A stretch of 64,000 nt of DNA. Origin: Kudoa neothunni. Taxonomy: Eukaryota > Animalia > Cnidaria. Under the pieces are notes generated by a model. The model was not told the origin of the DNA, did no database searches, and saw only the letters and a list, made by a program, of their open reading frames with translations. The position numbers were made by a program, and so were the translations under genes. The stretch lies in the NCBI GenBank assembly GCA_964304625.1, contig OZ199840.1, positions 7,169,635-7,233,634 of the forward strand, read 5' to 3'. Of the stretch, positions 1-12,579 are shown piece by piece. Position 1 is the stretch's first letter. Every line of letters begins with the position of its first letter.

Positions 1-3000
1 GTTGCTATGGTTGTTGAACAGCCTGTGACAAACAAGAATATCCAATTAATTAATACAGCGAATTCAATAAAATATCCATAGTAGTACTATTTTTAATTAA
101 GGTTGCTATGGTTGTTGAACAACCGGTGTCTAACAAGAATCAGCAATTAAATTAATGATCATGTTCGTATAAAAATTTCCCTAGTAGTACTATTTTTAAT
201 TAAGGTTGCTATGGTTGTTGAACAGCCTGTGACAAACAAGAATCAGCAATTAATTAATGATCATATTCGTATAAAATTTCCTAGTAGTACTATTTTTAAT
301 TAAGGTTGCTAATGGTTGTTGAACAGCCTGTGACAAACAAGAATATCCAATTAATTAATACAGCGGAATTCAATAAAATATCCATAGTAGTACTATTTTT
401 AATTAAGGTTGCTAATGGTTTGTTGAACAACCGGTGTCTAACAAGAATCAGCAATTAATAATGATCATGTTCGTTATAAAAATTTCCTAGTAGTAACTAT
501 TTTTAATTAAGGTTGCTATGGTTGTTGAACAGGCCTGTGACAAACAAGAATATCCCAATTATTAATACAGCGAATTCAATAAAATATCCATAGTAGTACT
601 ATTTTTAATGAAGGTTGCTATGGTTGTTGAACAGCCTGTGACAAACAAGAATATCCAATTAATTAATACAGCGAATTCAATAAAATATCCATAGTAGTAC
701 TATTTTTAATGAAGGTTGCTATGGTTGTTGAACAACCGGTGTCTAACAAGAATCAGCAATTAATTAATGATCATGTTCGTAATAAAATTTCCTAGTAGTA
801 CTATTTTTAATTAAGGTTGCTATGGTTGTTGAACAACCGGTGTCTAACAAGAATCAGCAATTAAATTAATGATCATATTCCTATTAAATTTCCTAGTAGT
901 ACTATTTTTAAATTAAGGTTTGCTATGGTTGTTGAACAACCGGTGTCCTAACAAGAATCAGCAATTAATTAATGATCATGTTCGTATAAAATTTCCTAGT
1001 AGTACTATTTTTTAATTAAGTTGCTATGGTTGTTGAACAGCCTGTGACAAACAAGAATATCCAATTAATTAATACAGCGAATTCAATAAAATATCCATAG
1101 TAGTACTATTTTAATTAAGGTTGCTATGGTTGTTGAACAAACCGGTGTCTAACAAGAATCAGCAATTAATTAATGATCATGTTCGTATAAAATTTCCTAG
1201 TAGTAACTATTTTTAATTAAGGTTGCTATGGTTGTTGAACAACCGGTGTCTAACAAGAATCAGCAATTAATTAATGATCATATTCCTATTAATTTCCTAG
1301 TAGTACTATTTTTAATTAAGGTTGCTATGGTTGTTGAACAGCCTGTGACAAACAAGAATATCCAATTAATTAATACAGCGAATTCAATAAAATATCCATA
1401 GTAGTACTATTTTTAATGAAGGTTGCTATGGTTTGTTGAACAGCCTGTGACAAACAAGAATATCCAATTAATTAATACAGCGAATTCAATAAAATATCCA
1501 TAGTAGTACTATTTTTTAATTAAGGTTGCTATGGTTGTTGAACAACCGGTTGTCTAACAAGAATCAGCAATTAATTAATACAGCGAATTCAATAAAATAT
1601 CCATAGTAGTACTATTTTTAATTAAGGTTGCTATGGTTGTTGAACAGCCTGTGACAAACAAGAATATCCAATTAATTAATACAGCGAATTCAATAAAATA
1701 TCCATAGTAGTACTATTTTTAATGAAGGTTGCTATGGTTGTTGAACAGCCTGTGACAAACAAGAATATCCAATTAATTAATGATCATATTCGTATAAAAA
1801 TTTCCTAGTAGTACTATTTTAATTAAGGTTGCTATGGTTGTTGAACAGCCTGTGACCAAACAAGAATCAGCAATTAATTAATGATCATATTCGTATAAAA
1901 TTTCCTCAGTAGTACTATTTTTAATTAAGGTTGCTATGGTTGTTGAACAGCCTGTGACAAACAAGAATATCCAATTAATTAATACAGCGAATTCAATAAA
2001 ATATCCATAGTAGTACTATTTTTAATTAAGTTGCTATGGTTGTTGAACAACCGGTGTCTAACAAGAATCAGCAATTAATTAATGATCATGTTCGTATAAA
2101 ATTTCCTAGTAGTACTATTTTTAATTAAGGTTGCTATGGTTGTTGAACAGCCTGTGACAAACAAGAATATTCCAATTAATTAATACAGCGAATTCAATAA
2201 AATATCCATAGTAGTACTATTTTTAATGAGGTTGCTATGGTTGTTGAACAACCGGTGTCTAACAAGAATATCCAATTAATTAATACAGCGAATTCAATAA
2301 AATATCCATAGTAGTACTATTTTTAATTAAGGTTGCTATGGTTGTTGAACAAACCGGTGGTCTAACAAGAATCAGCAATTAATTAATGATCATGTTCGTA
2401 TAAAATTTCCTAGTAGTACTATTTTTAATTAAGGTTGCTATGGTTGTTGAACAACCGGTGTCTAACAAGAATCAGCAATTAATTAATACAGCGAATTCAA
2501 TAAAATATCCATAGTAGTACTATTTTTTAATTAAGGTTGCTATGGTTGTTGAACAGCCTGTGACAAACAAGAATATCCAATTAATTAATACAGCGAATTC
2601 AATAAAATATCCATAGTAGTACTATTTTAATGAAGGTTGCTATGGTTGTTGAACAGCCCTGTGACAAACAAGAATATCCAATTAATTAATACAGCGAATT
2701 CAATAAAATATCCATAGTAGTACTATTTTTAATGAAGGTTGCTATGGTTGTTGAACAACCGGTGTCTAACAAGAATCAGCAATTAATTAATGATCATATT
2801 CCTATTAAATTTCCTAGTAGTACTATTTTTAATTAAGGTTGCTATGGTTGTTGAACAGCCTGTGACAAACAAGAATATCCAATTAATTAATACAGCGAAT
2901 TCAATAAAATTTCCTAGTAGTACTATTTTTAATTAAGGTTGCTATGGTTGTTGAACAGCCTGTGACAAACAAGAATATCCAATTAATTAATACAGCGAAT

Positions 3001-6000
3001 TCAATAAAATATCCATAGTAGTACTATTTTTAATTAAGGTTGCTATGGTTGTTGAACAACCGGTGTCTAACAAGAATCAGCAATTAATTAATGATCATAT
3101 TCGTATAAAATTTCCTAGTAGTACTATTTTTAATTAAGGTTGCTATGGTTGTTGAACAGCCTGTGACAAACCAAGAATCAGCAATTAATTAATGATCATA
3201 TTCGTATAAAAATTTCCTAGTAGTACTATTTTTAATTAAGGTTGCTATGGTTGTTGAAACAGCCTGTGACAAACAAGAATATCCAATTAATTAATACAGC
3301 GAATTCAATAAAATATCCATAGTAGTACTATTTTTAATTAAGGTTGCTATGGTTGTTGAACAACCGGTGGTCTAACAAGAATCAGCAATTAATTAATGAT
3401 CATATTCCTATTAAATTTCCTAGTAGTACTATTTTTAATTAAGGTTGCTATGGTTGTTGAACAGCCTGTGACAAACAAGAAATATCCAATTAATTAATAC
3501 AGCGAATTCAATAAAATATCCATAGTAGTACTATTTTTAATGAAGGTTGCTATGGTTGTTGAACAGCCTGTGACAAACAAGAATCAGCAATTAATTAATG
3601 ATCATATTCGTATAAAATTTCCTAGTAGTACTATTTTTAATTAAGGTTGCTATGGTTGTTGAACAGCCTGTGACAAACAAGAATATCCAATTAATTAATA
3701 CAGCGAATTCATAAAATATCCATAGTAGTACTATTTTTAATGAAGGTTGCTATGGTTGTTGAACAGCCTGTGACAAACAAGAATCAGCAATTAATTAATG
3801 ATCATATTCGTATAAAATTTCCTAGTAGTACTATTTTTAATGAAGGTTGCTATGGTTGTTGAACAGCCTGTGACAAACAAGAATCAGCAATTAATTAATG
3901 ATCATGTTCGTATAAAATTTCCTAGTAGTACTATTTTTAATTAAGGTTGCTATGGTTGTTGAACAGCCTGTGACAAACAAGAATATCCAATTAATTAATA
4001 CAGCGAATTCAATAAAATTTCCTAGTAGTACTATTTTTAATTAAGGTTGCTATGGTTGTTGAACAGCCTGTGACAAACAAGAATATCCAATTAATTAATA
4101 CAGCGAATTCAAATAAAATATCCATAGTAGTACTATTTTTAATGAAGGTTGCTATGGTTGTTTGAACAACCGGTGTCTACAAGAATCAGCAATTAATTAA
4201 TGATCATATTCCTATTAAATTTTCCTAGTAGTACTATTTTTAATTAAGGTTGCTATGGTTGTTGAACAAGCCTGTGACAAACAAGAATATCCAATTAATT
4301 AATACAGCGAATTCAATAAAATTTCCTAGTAGTACTATTTTTAATTAAGGTTGCTATGGTTGTTGAACAGCCTGTGACAAACAAGAATATCCAATTAATT
4401 AATACAGCGAATTCAATAAAATATCCATAGTAGTACTATTTTTAATTAAGGTTGCTATGGTTGTTGAACAACCGGTGTCTAACAAGAATCAGCAATTAAT
4501 TAATGATCATATTCGTATAAAATTTCCTAGTAGTACTATTTTTAATTAAGGTTGCTATGGTTGTTGAACAGCCTGTGACAAACAAGAATCAGCAATTAAT
4601 TAATGATCATATTCGTATAAAATTTCCTAGTAGTACTATTTTTAATTAAGGTTGCTATGGTTGTTGAACAGCCTGTGACAAACAAGAATATCCAATTAAT
4701 TAATACAGCGAATCAATAAAATTTCCTAGTAGTACTATTTTTAATTAAGGTTGCTATGGTTGTTGAACAGCCTGTGACAAACAAGAATCAGCAATTAATT
4801 AATGATCATATTCGTATAAAATTTCCTAGTAGTACTATTTTTAATTAAGGTTGCTATGGTTGTTGAACAGCCTGTGACAAACAAGAATATCCAATTAATT
4901 AATACAGCGAATTCAATAAAATATCCATAGTAGTACTATTATAAATTAAGGTTGCTATGGTTGTTGAACAGCCTGTGACAAACAAGAATATCCAATTAAT
5001 TAATACAGCGAAATTCAATAAAATTTCCTAGTAGTACTATTTTTAAATTAAGGTTGCTATGGTTGTTGAACAGCCCTGTGACAAACAAGAATATCCAATT
5101 AATTAATACAGCGAATTCAATAAAATATCCATAGTAGTAACTATTTTAATGAAGGTTGCTATGGTTGTTGAACAGCCTGTGACAAACAAGAATCAGCAAT
5201 TAATTAATGATCATATTCGTATAAAATTTCCTAGTAGTACTATTTTAATTAAGGTTGCTATGGTTGTTGAACAGCCTGTGACAAACAAGAATATCCAATT
5301 AATTAATACAGCGAATTCAATAAAATATCCATAGTAGTACTATTTTTAATTAAGGTTGCTATGGTTGTTGAACAGCCTGTGACAAACAAGAATATCCAAT
5401 TAATTAATTACAGCGAATTCAATAAAATATCCATAGTAGTACTATTTTTAATTAAGGTTGCTATGGTTGTTGAACAGCCTGTGACAAACAAGAATATCCA
5501 ATTAATTAATACAGCGAATTCAATAAAATATCCATAGTAGTACTATTTTTAATTAAGGTTGCTATGGTTGTTGAACAGCCTGTGGACAAACAAGAATATC
5601 CAATTAATTAATACAGCGAATTCAATAAAATATCCATAGTAGTACTATTTTTAATTAAGGTTGCTATGGTTGTTGAACAGCCTGTGACAAACAAGAATAT
5701 CCAATTAATTAATACAGCGAATTCAATAAATATCCATAGTAGTACTATTTTTAATTAAGGTTGCTATGGTTGTTGAACAACCGGTGTCTAACAAGAATCA
5801 GCAATTAATTAATGATCATGTTCGTATAAAATTTCCTAGTAGTACTATTTTTAATTAAGGTTGCTATGGTTGTTGAACAGCCTGTGACAAACAAGAATAT
5901 CCAATTAATTAATGATCATGTTTCGTATAAAATTTCCTAGTAGTACTATTTTTAATTAAGGTTGCTATGGTTGTTGAACAGCCTGTGACAAACAAGAATA

Positions 6001-9000
6001 TCCAATTAATTAATACAGCGAATTCAATAAAATTTCCTAGTAGTACTATTTTTAATTAAGGTTGCTATGGTTGTTGAACAGCCTGTGACAAACAAGAATA
6101 TCCAATTAATTAATACAGCGATATTCAATAAAATATCCATAGTAGTACTATTTTTAATTAAGGTTGCTATGGTTGTTGAACAACCGGTGTCTAACAAGAA
6201 TCAGCAATTAATTAATGATCATATTCCTATTAAATTTCCTAGTAGTACTATTTTTAATTAAGGTTGCTATGGTTGTTGAAACAGCCTGTGACAAACAAGA
6301 ATATCCAATTAATTAATACAGCGAATTCATAAAATATCCATAGTAGTACTATTTTTAATGAAGGTTGCTATGGTTGTTGAACAGCCTGTGACAAACAAGA
6401 ATCAGCAATTAATTAATGATCATATTCGTATAAAAATTTCCTAGTAGTACTATTTTTAATTAAGGTTGCTATGGTTGTTGAACAGCCTGTGACAAACAAG
6501 AATATCCAATTAATTAATACAGCGAATTCAATAAAATATCCATAGTAGTACTATTTTTAATGAAGGTTGCTATGGTTGTTGAACAGCCTGTGACAAACAG
6601 AATCAGCAATTAATTAATGATCATATTCGTATAAAAATTTCCTAGTAGTACTATTTTAATTAAGGTTGCTATGGTTGTTGAACAGCCTGTGACAAACAAG
6701 AATATCCAATTAATTAATACAGCGAATTCAATAAAATATCCATAGTAGTACTATTTTTAATTAAGGTTGCTATGGGTTGTTGAACAACCGGTGTCTAACA
6801 AGAATCAGCAATTAATTAATGATCATGTTCGTATAAAATTTCCTAGTAGTACTATTTTTAATTAAGGTTGCTATGGTTGTTGAACAACCGGTGTCTAACA
6901 AGAATATCCAATTAATTAATACAGCGAATTCAATAAAATATCCATAGTAGTACTATTTTTAATTAAGGTTGCTATGGTTGTTGAACAGCCTGTGACAAAC
7001 AAGAATATCCAATTAATTAATACAGCGAATTCAATAAAATATCCATAGTAGTACTATTTTTAATGAAGGTTGCTATGGTTGTTGAACAGCCTGTGACAAA
7101 CAAGAATATCCAATTAATTAATACAGCGAATTCAATAAAATATCCATAGTAGTACTATTTTTAATTAAGGTTGCTATGGTTGTTGAACAACCGGTGTCTA
7201 ACAAGAATCAGCAATTAATTAATACAGCGAATTCAATAAAATATCCATAGTAGTACTATTTTTAATTAAGGTTGCTATGGTTGTTGAACAGCCTGTGACA
7301 AACAAGAATATCCAATTAATTAATACAGCGAATTCAATAAAATATCCATAGTAGTACTATTTTTAATGAAGGTTGCTATGGTTGTTGAACAGCCTGTGAC
7401 CAAACAAGAATATCCAATTAATTAATGATCATATTCGTATAAAATTTCCTAGTAGTACTATTTTTAATTAAGGTTGCTATGGTTGTTGAACAGCCTGTGA
7501 CAAAACAAGAATCAGCAATTAATTAATGATCATATTCGTATAAAATTTCCTAGTAGTACTATTTTTAATTAAGGTTGCTATGGTTGTTGAACAGCCTGTG
7601 ACAAACAAGAATATCCAATTAATTAATACAGCGAATTCAATAAAATATCCATAGTAGTACTATTTTTAATTAAGGTTGCTATGGTTGTTGAACAACCGGT
7701 GTCTAACAAGAATCAGCAATTAATTAATGATCATGTTCGTATAAAATTTCCTAGTAGTACTATTTTTAATTAAGGTTGCTATGGTTGTTGAACAGCCTGT
7801 GACAAACAAGAATATCCAATTAATTAATACAGCGAATTCAATAAAATATCCATAGTAGTACTATTTTTAATGAAGGTTGCTATGGTTGTTTGAACAACCG
7901 GTGTCTAACAAGAATAATCCAATTAATTAATACAGCGAATTCAATAAAATATCCATAGTAGTACTATTTTTAATTAAGGTTGCTATGGTTGTTGAACAAC
8001 CGGTGTCTAACAAGAAATCAGCAATTAATTAATGATCATGTTCGTATAAAATTTCCTAGTAGTACTATTTTAATTAAGGTTGCTATGGTTGTTGAACAAC
8101 CGGTGTCTAACAAGAATCAGCAATTAATTAATACAGCGAATTCAATAAAATATCCATAGTAGTACTATTTTTAATTAAGGTTGCTATGGTTGTTGAACAG
8201 CCTGTGACAAACAAGAATATCCAATTAATTAATACAGCGAATTCAATAAAATATCCATAGTAGTACTATTTTTTAATGAAGGTTGCTATGGTTGTTGAAC
8301 AGCCCTGTGACAAACAAGAATCAGCAATTAATTAATGATCATATTCCGTATAAAATTTCCTAGTAGTACTATTTTAATGAAGGTTGCTATGGTTGTTGAA
8401 CAGCCTGTGACAAACAAGAATCAGCAATTAATTAATGATCATGTTCGTATAAAATTTCCTAGTAGTAACTATTTTTAATTTAAGGTTGCTATGGTTGTTG
8501 AACAGCCTGTGACAAACAAGAATATCCAATTAATTAATACAGCGAATTCAATAAAATTTCCTAGTAGTACTATTTTTAATTAAGGTTGCTATGGTTGTTG
8601 AACAGCCCTGTGACAAACAAGAATATCCAATTAATTAATACAGCGAATTCATAAAATATCCATAGTAGTACTATTTTTAATGAAGGTTGCTATGGTTGTT
8701 GAACAACCGGTGTCTAACAAGATCAGCAATTAATTAATGATCATATTCCTATTAAATTTCCTAGTAGTACTATTTTTAATTAAGGTTGCTATGGTTGTTG
8801 AACAGCCTGTGACAAACAAGAATATCCAATTAATTAATACAGCGAATTCAATAAAATTTCCTAGTAGTACTATTTTTAATTAAGGTTGCTATGGTTGTTG
8901 AACAGCCTGTGACAAACAAGAATATCCAATTAATAATACAGCGAATTCAATAAAATATCCATAGTAGTACTATTTTTAATTAAGGTTGCTATGGTTGTTG

Positions 9001-12000
9001 AACAACCGGTGTCTAACAAGAATCAGCAATTAATTAATGATCATATTCGTATAAAAATTTCCTAGTAGTACTATTTTTAATTAAGGTTGCTATGGTTGTT
9101 GAACAGCCTGTGACAAACAAGAATCAGCAATTAATTAATGATCATATTCGTATAAAATTTCCTAGTAGTACTATTTTTAATTAAGGTTGCTATGGTTGTT
9201 GAACAGCCTGTGACAAACAAGAATATCCAATTAATTAATACAGCGAATTCAATAAAATTTCCTAGTAGTACTATTTTTAATTAAGGTTGCTATGGTTGTT
9301 GAACAGCCTGTGACAAACAAGAATCAGCAATTAATTAATGATCATATTCGTATAAAATTTCCTAGTAGTACTATTTTTAATTAAGGTTGCTATGGTTGTT
9401 GAACAGCCTGTGACAAACAAGAATATCCAATTAATTAAATACAGCGAATTCAATAAAATATCCATAGTAGTACTATTATAAATTAAGGTTGCTATGGTTG
9501 TTGAACAGCCTGTGACAAACAAGAATATCCAATTAATTAATACAGCGAATTCAATAAAATTTCCTAGTAGTTACTATTTTTAATTAAGGTTGCTATGGTT
9601 GTTTGAACAGCCTGTGACAAACAAGAATATCCAATTAATTAATACAGCGAATTCAATAAAAATATCCATAGTAGTACTATTTTTAATGAAGGTTGCTATG
9701 GTTGTTGAACAGCCTGTGACAAACAAGAATCAGCAATTAATTAATGATCATATTCGTATAAAATTTCCTAGTAGTACTATTTTTAATTAAGGTTGCTATG
9801 GTTGTTGAACAGCCTGTGACAAACAAGAATATCCAATTAATTAATACAGCGAATTCAATAAAATATCCATAGTAGTACTATTTTTAATTAAGGTTGCTAT
9901 GGTTGTTGAACAGCCTGTGACAAAACAAGAATATCCAATTAATTAATACAGCGAATTCAATAAAATATCCATAGTAGTACTATTTTTAATTAAGGTTGCT
10001 ATGGTTGTTGAACAGCCTGTGACAAACAAGAATATCCAATTAATTAATACAGCGGAATTCAATAAAATATCCATAGTAGTACTATTTTTTAATTAAGGTT
10101 GCTATGGTTGTTGAACAAGCCTGTGACAAACAAGAATATCCAATTAATTAATACAGCGAATTCAATAAAATATCCATAGTAGTACTATTTTAATTAAGGT
10201 TGCTATGGTTGTTGAACAGCCTGTGACAAACAAGAATATCCAATTAATTAATACAGCGAATTCAATAAAATATCCATAGTAGTACTATTTTTAATTAAGG
10301 TTGCTATGGTTGTTGAACAAACCGGTGTCTAACAAGAATCAGCAATTAATTAATGATCATGTTCGTATAAAATTTCCTAGTAGTACTATTTTAATTAAGG
10401 TTGCTATGGTTGTCAAACAAGAATATCCAATTAATTAATGATCATGTTCGTATAAAATTTCCTAGTAGTACTATTTTTAATTAAGGTTGCTATGGTTGTT
10501 GAACAGCCTGTGACAAACAAGAATATCCAATTAATTAATACAGCGAATTCAATAAAATTTCCTAGTAGTACTATTTTTAATTAAGGTTGCTATGGTTGTT
10601 GAACAGCCTGTGACAAACAAGAATATCCAATTAATTAATACAGCGAATTCAATAAAATATCCATAGTAGTACTATTTTTAATTAAGGTTGCTATGGTTGT
10701 TGAACAACCGGTGTCTAACAAGAATCAGCAATTAATTAATGATCATATTCCTATTAAATTTCCTAGTAGTACTATTTTTAATTAAGGTTGCTATGGTTGT
10801 TGAACAGCCTGTGACAAACAAGAATATCCAATTAATTAATACAGCGAATTCAATAAAATATCCATAGTAGTACTATTTTTAATGAAGGTTGCTATGGTTG
10901 TTGAACAGCCTGTGACAAACAAGAATCAGCAATTAATTAATGATCATATTCGTATAAAATTTCCTAGTAGTACTATTTTTAATTAAGGTTGCTATGGTTG
11001 TTGAACAGCCTGTGACAAACAAGAATATCCAATTAATTAATACAGCGAATTCAATAAAATATCCATAGTAGTACTATTTTTAATGAAGGTTGCTATGGTT
11101 GTTGAACAGCCTGTGACAAACAAGAATCAGCAATTAATTAATGATCATATTCGTATAAAATTTCCTAGTAGTACTATTTTTAATTAAGGTTGCTATGGTT
11201 GTTGAACAGCCTGTGACAAACAAGAATATCCAATTAATTAATACAGCGAATTCAATAAAATATCCATAGTAGTACTATTTTTAATTAAGGTTGCTATGGT
11301 TGTTGAACAACCGGTGTCTAACAAGAATCAGCAATTAATTAATGATCATATTCCTATTAAATTTCCTAGTAGTACTATTTTTAATTAAGGTTGCTATGGT
11401 TGTTGAACAGCCTGTGACAAACAAGAATATCCAATTAATTAATACAGCGAATTCAATAAAATATCCATAGTAGTACTATTTTTAATGAAGGTTGCTATGG
11501 TTGTTGAACAGCCTGTGACAAACAAGAATCAGCAATTAATTAATGATCATATTCGTATAAAATTTCCTAGTAGTACTATTTTTAATTAAGGTTGCTATGG
11601 TTGTTGAACAGCCTGTGACAAACAAGAATATCCAATTAATTAATACAGCGAATTCAATAAAATATCCATAGTAGTACTATTTTTAATGAAGGTTGCTATG
11701 GTTGTTGAACAGCCTGTGACAAACAAGAATCAGCAATTAATTAATGATCATATTCGTATAAAATTTCCTAGTAGTACTATTTTTAATTAAGGTTGCTATG
11801 GTTGTTGAACAGCCTGTGACAAACAAGAATATCCAATTAATTAATACAGCGAATTCAATAAAATATCCATAGTAGTACTATTTTTAATTAAGGTTGCTAT
11901 GGTTGTTGAACAACCGGTGTCTAACAAGAATCAGCAATTAATTAATGATCATGTTCGTATAAAATTTCCTAGTAGTACTATTTTTAATTAAGGTTGCTAT

Positions 12001-12579
12001 GGTTGTTGAACAACCGGTGTCTAACAAGAATATCCAATTAATTAATACAGCGAATTCAATAAAATATCCATAGTAGTACTATTTTTAATTAAGGTTGCTA
12101 TGGTTGTTGAACAACCGGTGTCTAACAAGAATCAGCAATTAATTAATGATCATGTTCGTATAAAATTTCCTAGTAGTACTATTTTTAATTAAGGTTGCTA
12201 TGGTTGTTGAACAACCGGTGTCTAACAAGAATCAGCAATTAATTAATACAGCGAATTCAATAAAATATCCATAGTAGTACTATTTTTAATTAAGGTTGCT
12301 ATGGTTGTTGAACAGCCTGTGACAAACAAGAATATCCAATTAATTAATACAGCGAATTCAATAAAATATCCATAGTAGTACTATTTTTAATTAAGGTTGC
12401 TATGGTTGTTGAACAGCCTGTGACAAACAAGAATATCCAATTAATTAATACAGCGAATTCAATAAAATATCCATAGTAGTACTATTTTTAATTAAGGTTG
12501 CTATGGTTGTTGAACAGCCTGTGACAAACAAGAATATCCAATTAATTAATACAGCGAATTCAATTAAATATCCATAGTA
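1..12579. repeat. Tandem satellite array, about 125 monomers of 100/101 bp (two ancestral types plus recombinants)
   Basis: Type A is AAGGTTGCTATGGTTGTTGAACAGCCTGTGACAAACAAGAATATCCAATTAATTAATACAGCGAATTCAATAAAATATCCATAGTAGTACTATTTTTAATT (101 bp). Type B carries ACCGGTGTCT, CAG, GATCATRTTCSTATWAAATTTCC (100 bp). The array is continuous from base 1 and is open at the left edge. Confidence 0.98.

Noticed and set aside
81-101. 21-nt GT-AG micro-intron joining monomers into one long repeat protein
   Set aside because: Exons would be 80 or 79 nt, so the frame is not preserved, and real introns in this window are about 38 nt or longer.
5149-9790. ORF-track ORFs of 61-66 aa within the satellite
   Set aside because: They exist only where sporadic single-base indels fuse adjacent monomer frames, so they are likely sequencing errors.
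1-10420. Gradient of single-base indels (many on the left, almost none after about 10.4 kb) as an age gradient
   Set aside because: Mostly homopolymer-length changes that are not shared between duplicated blocks. This is better explained by low read depth or polishing toward the left edge.
1-12579. CRISPR-like array (constant blocks alternating with variable blocks)
   Set aside because: The variable parts are a few recurring alleles, not unique spacers. There are no cas genes and the context is eukaryotic.
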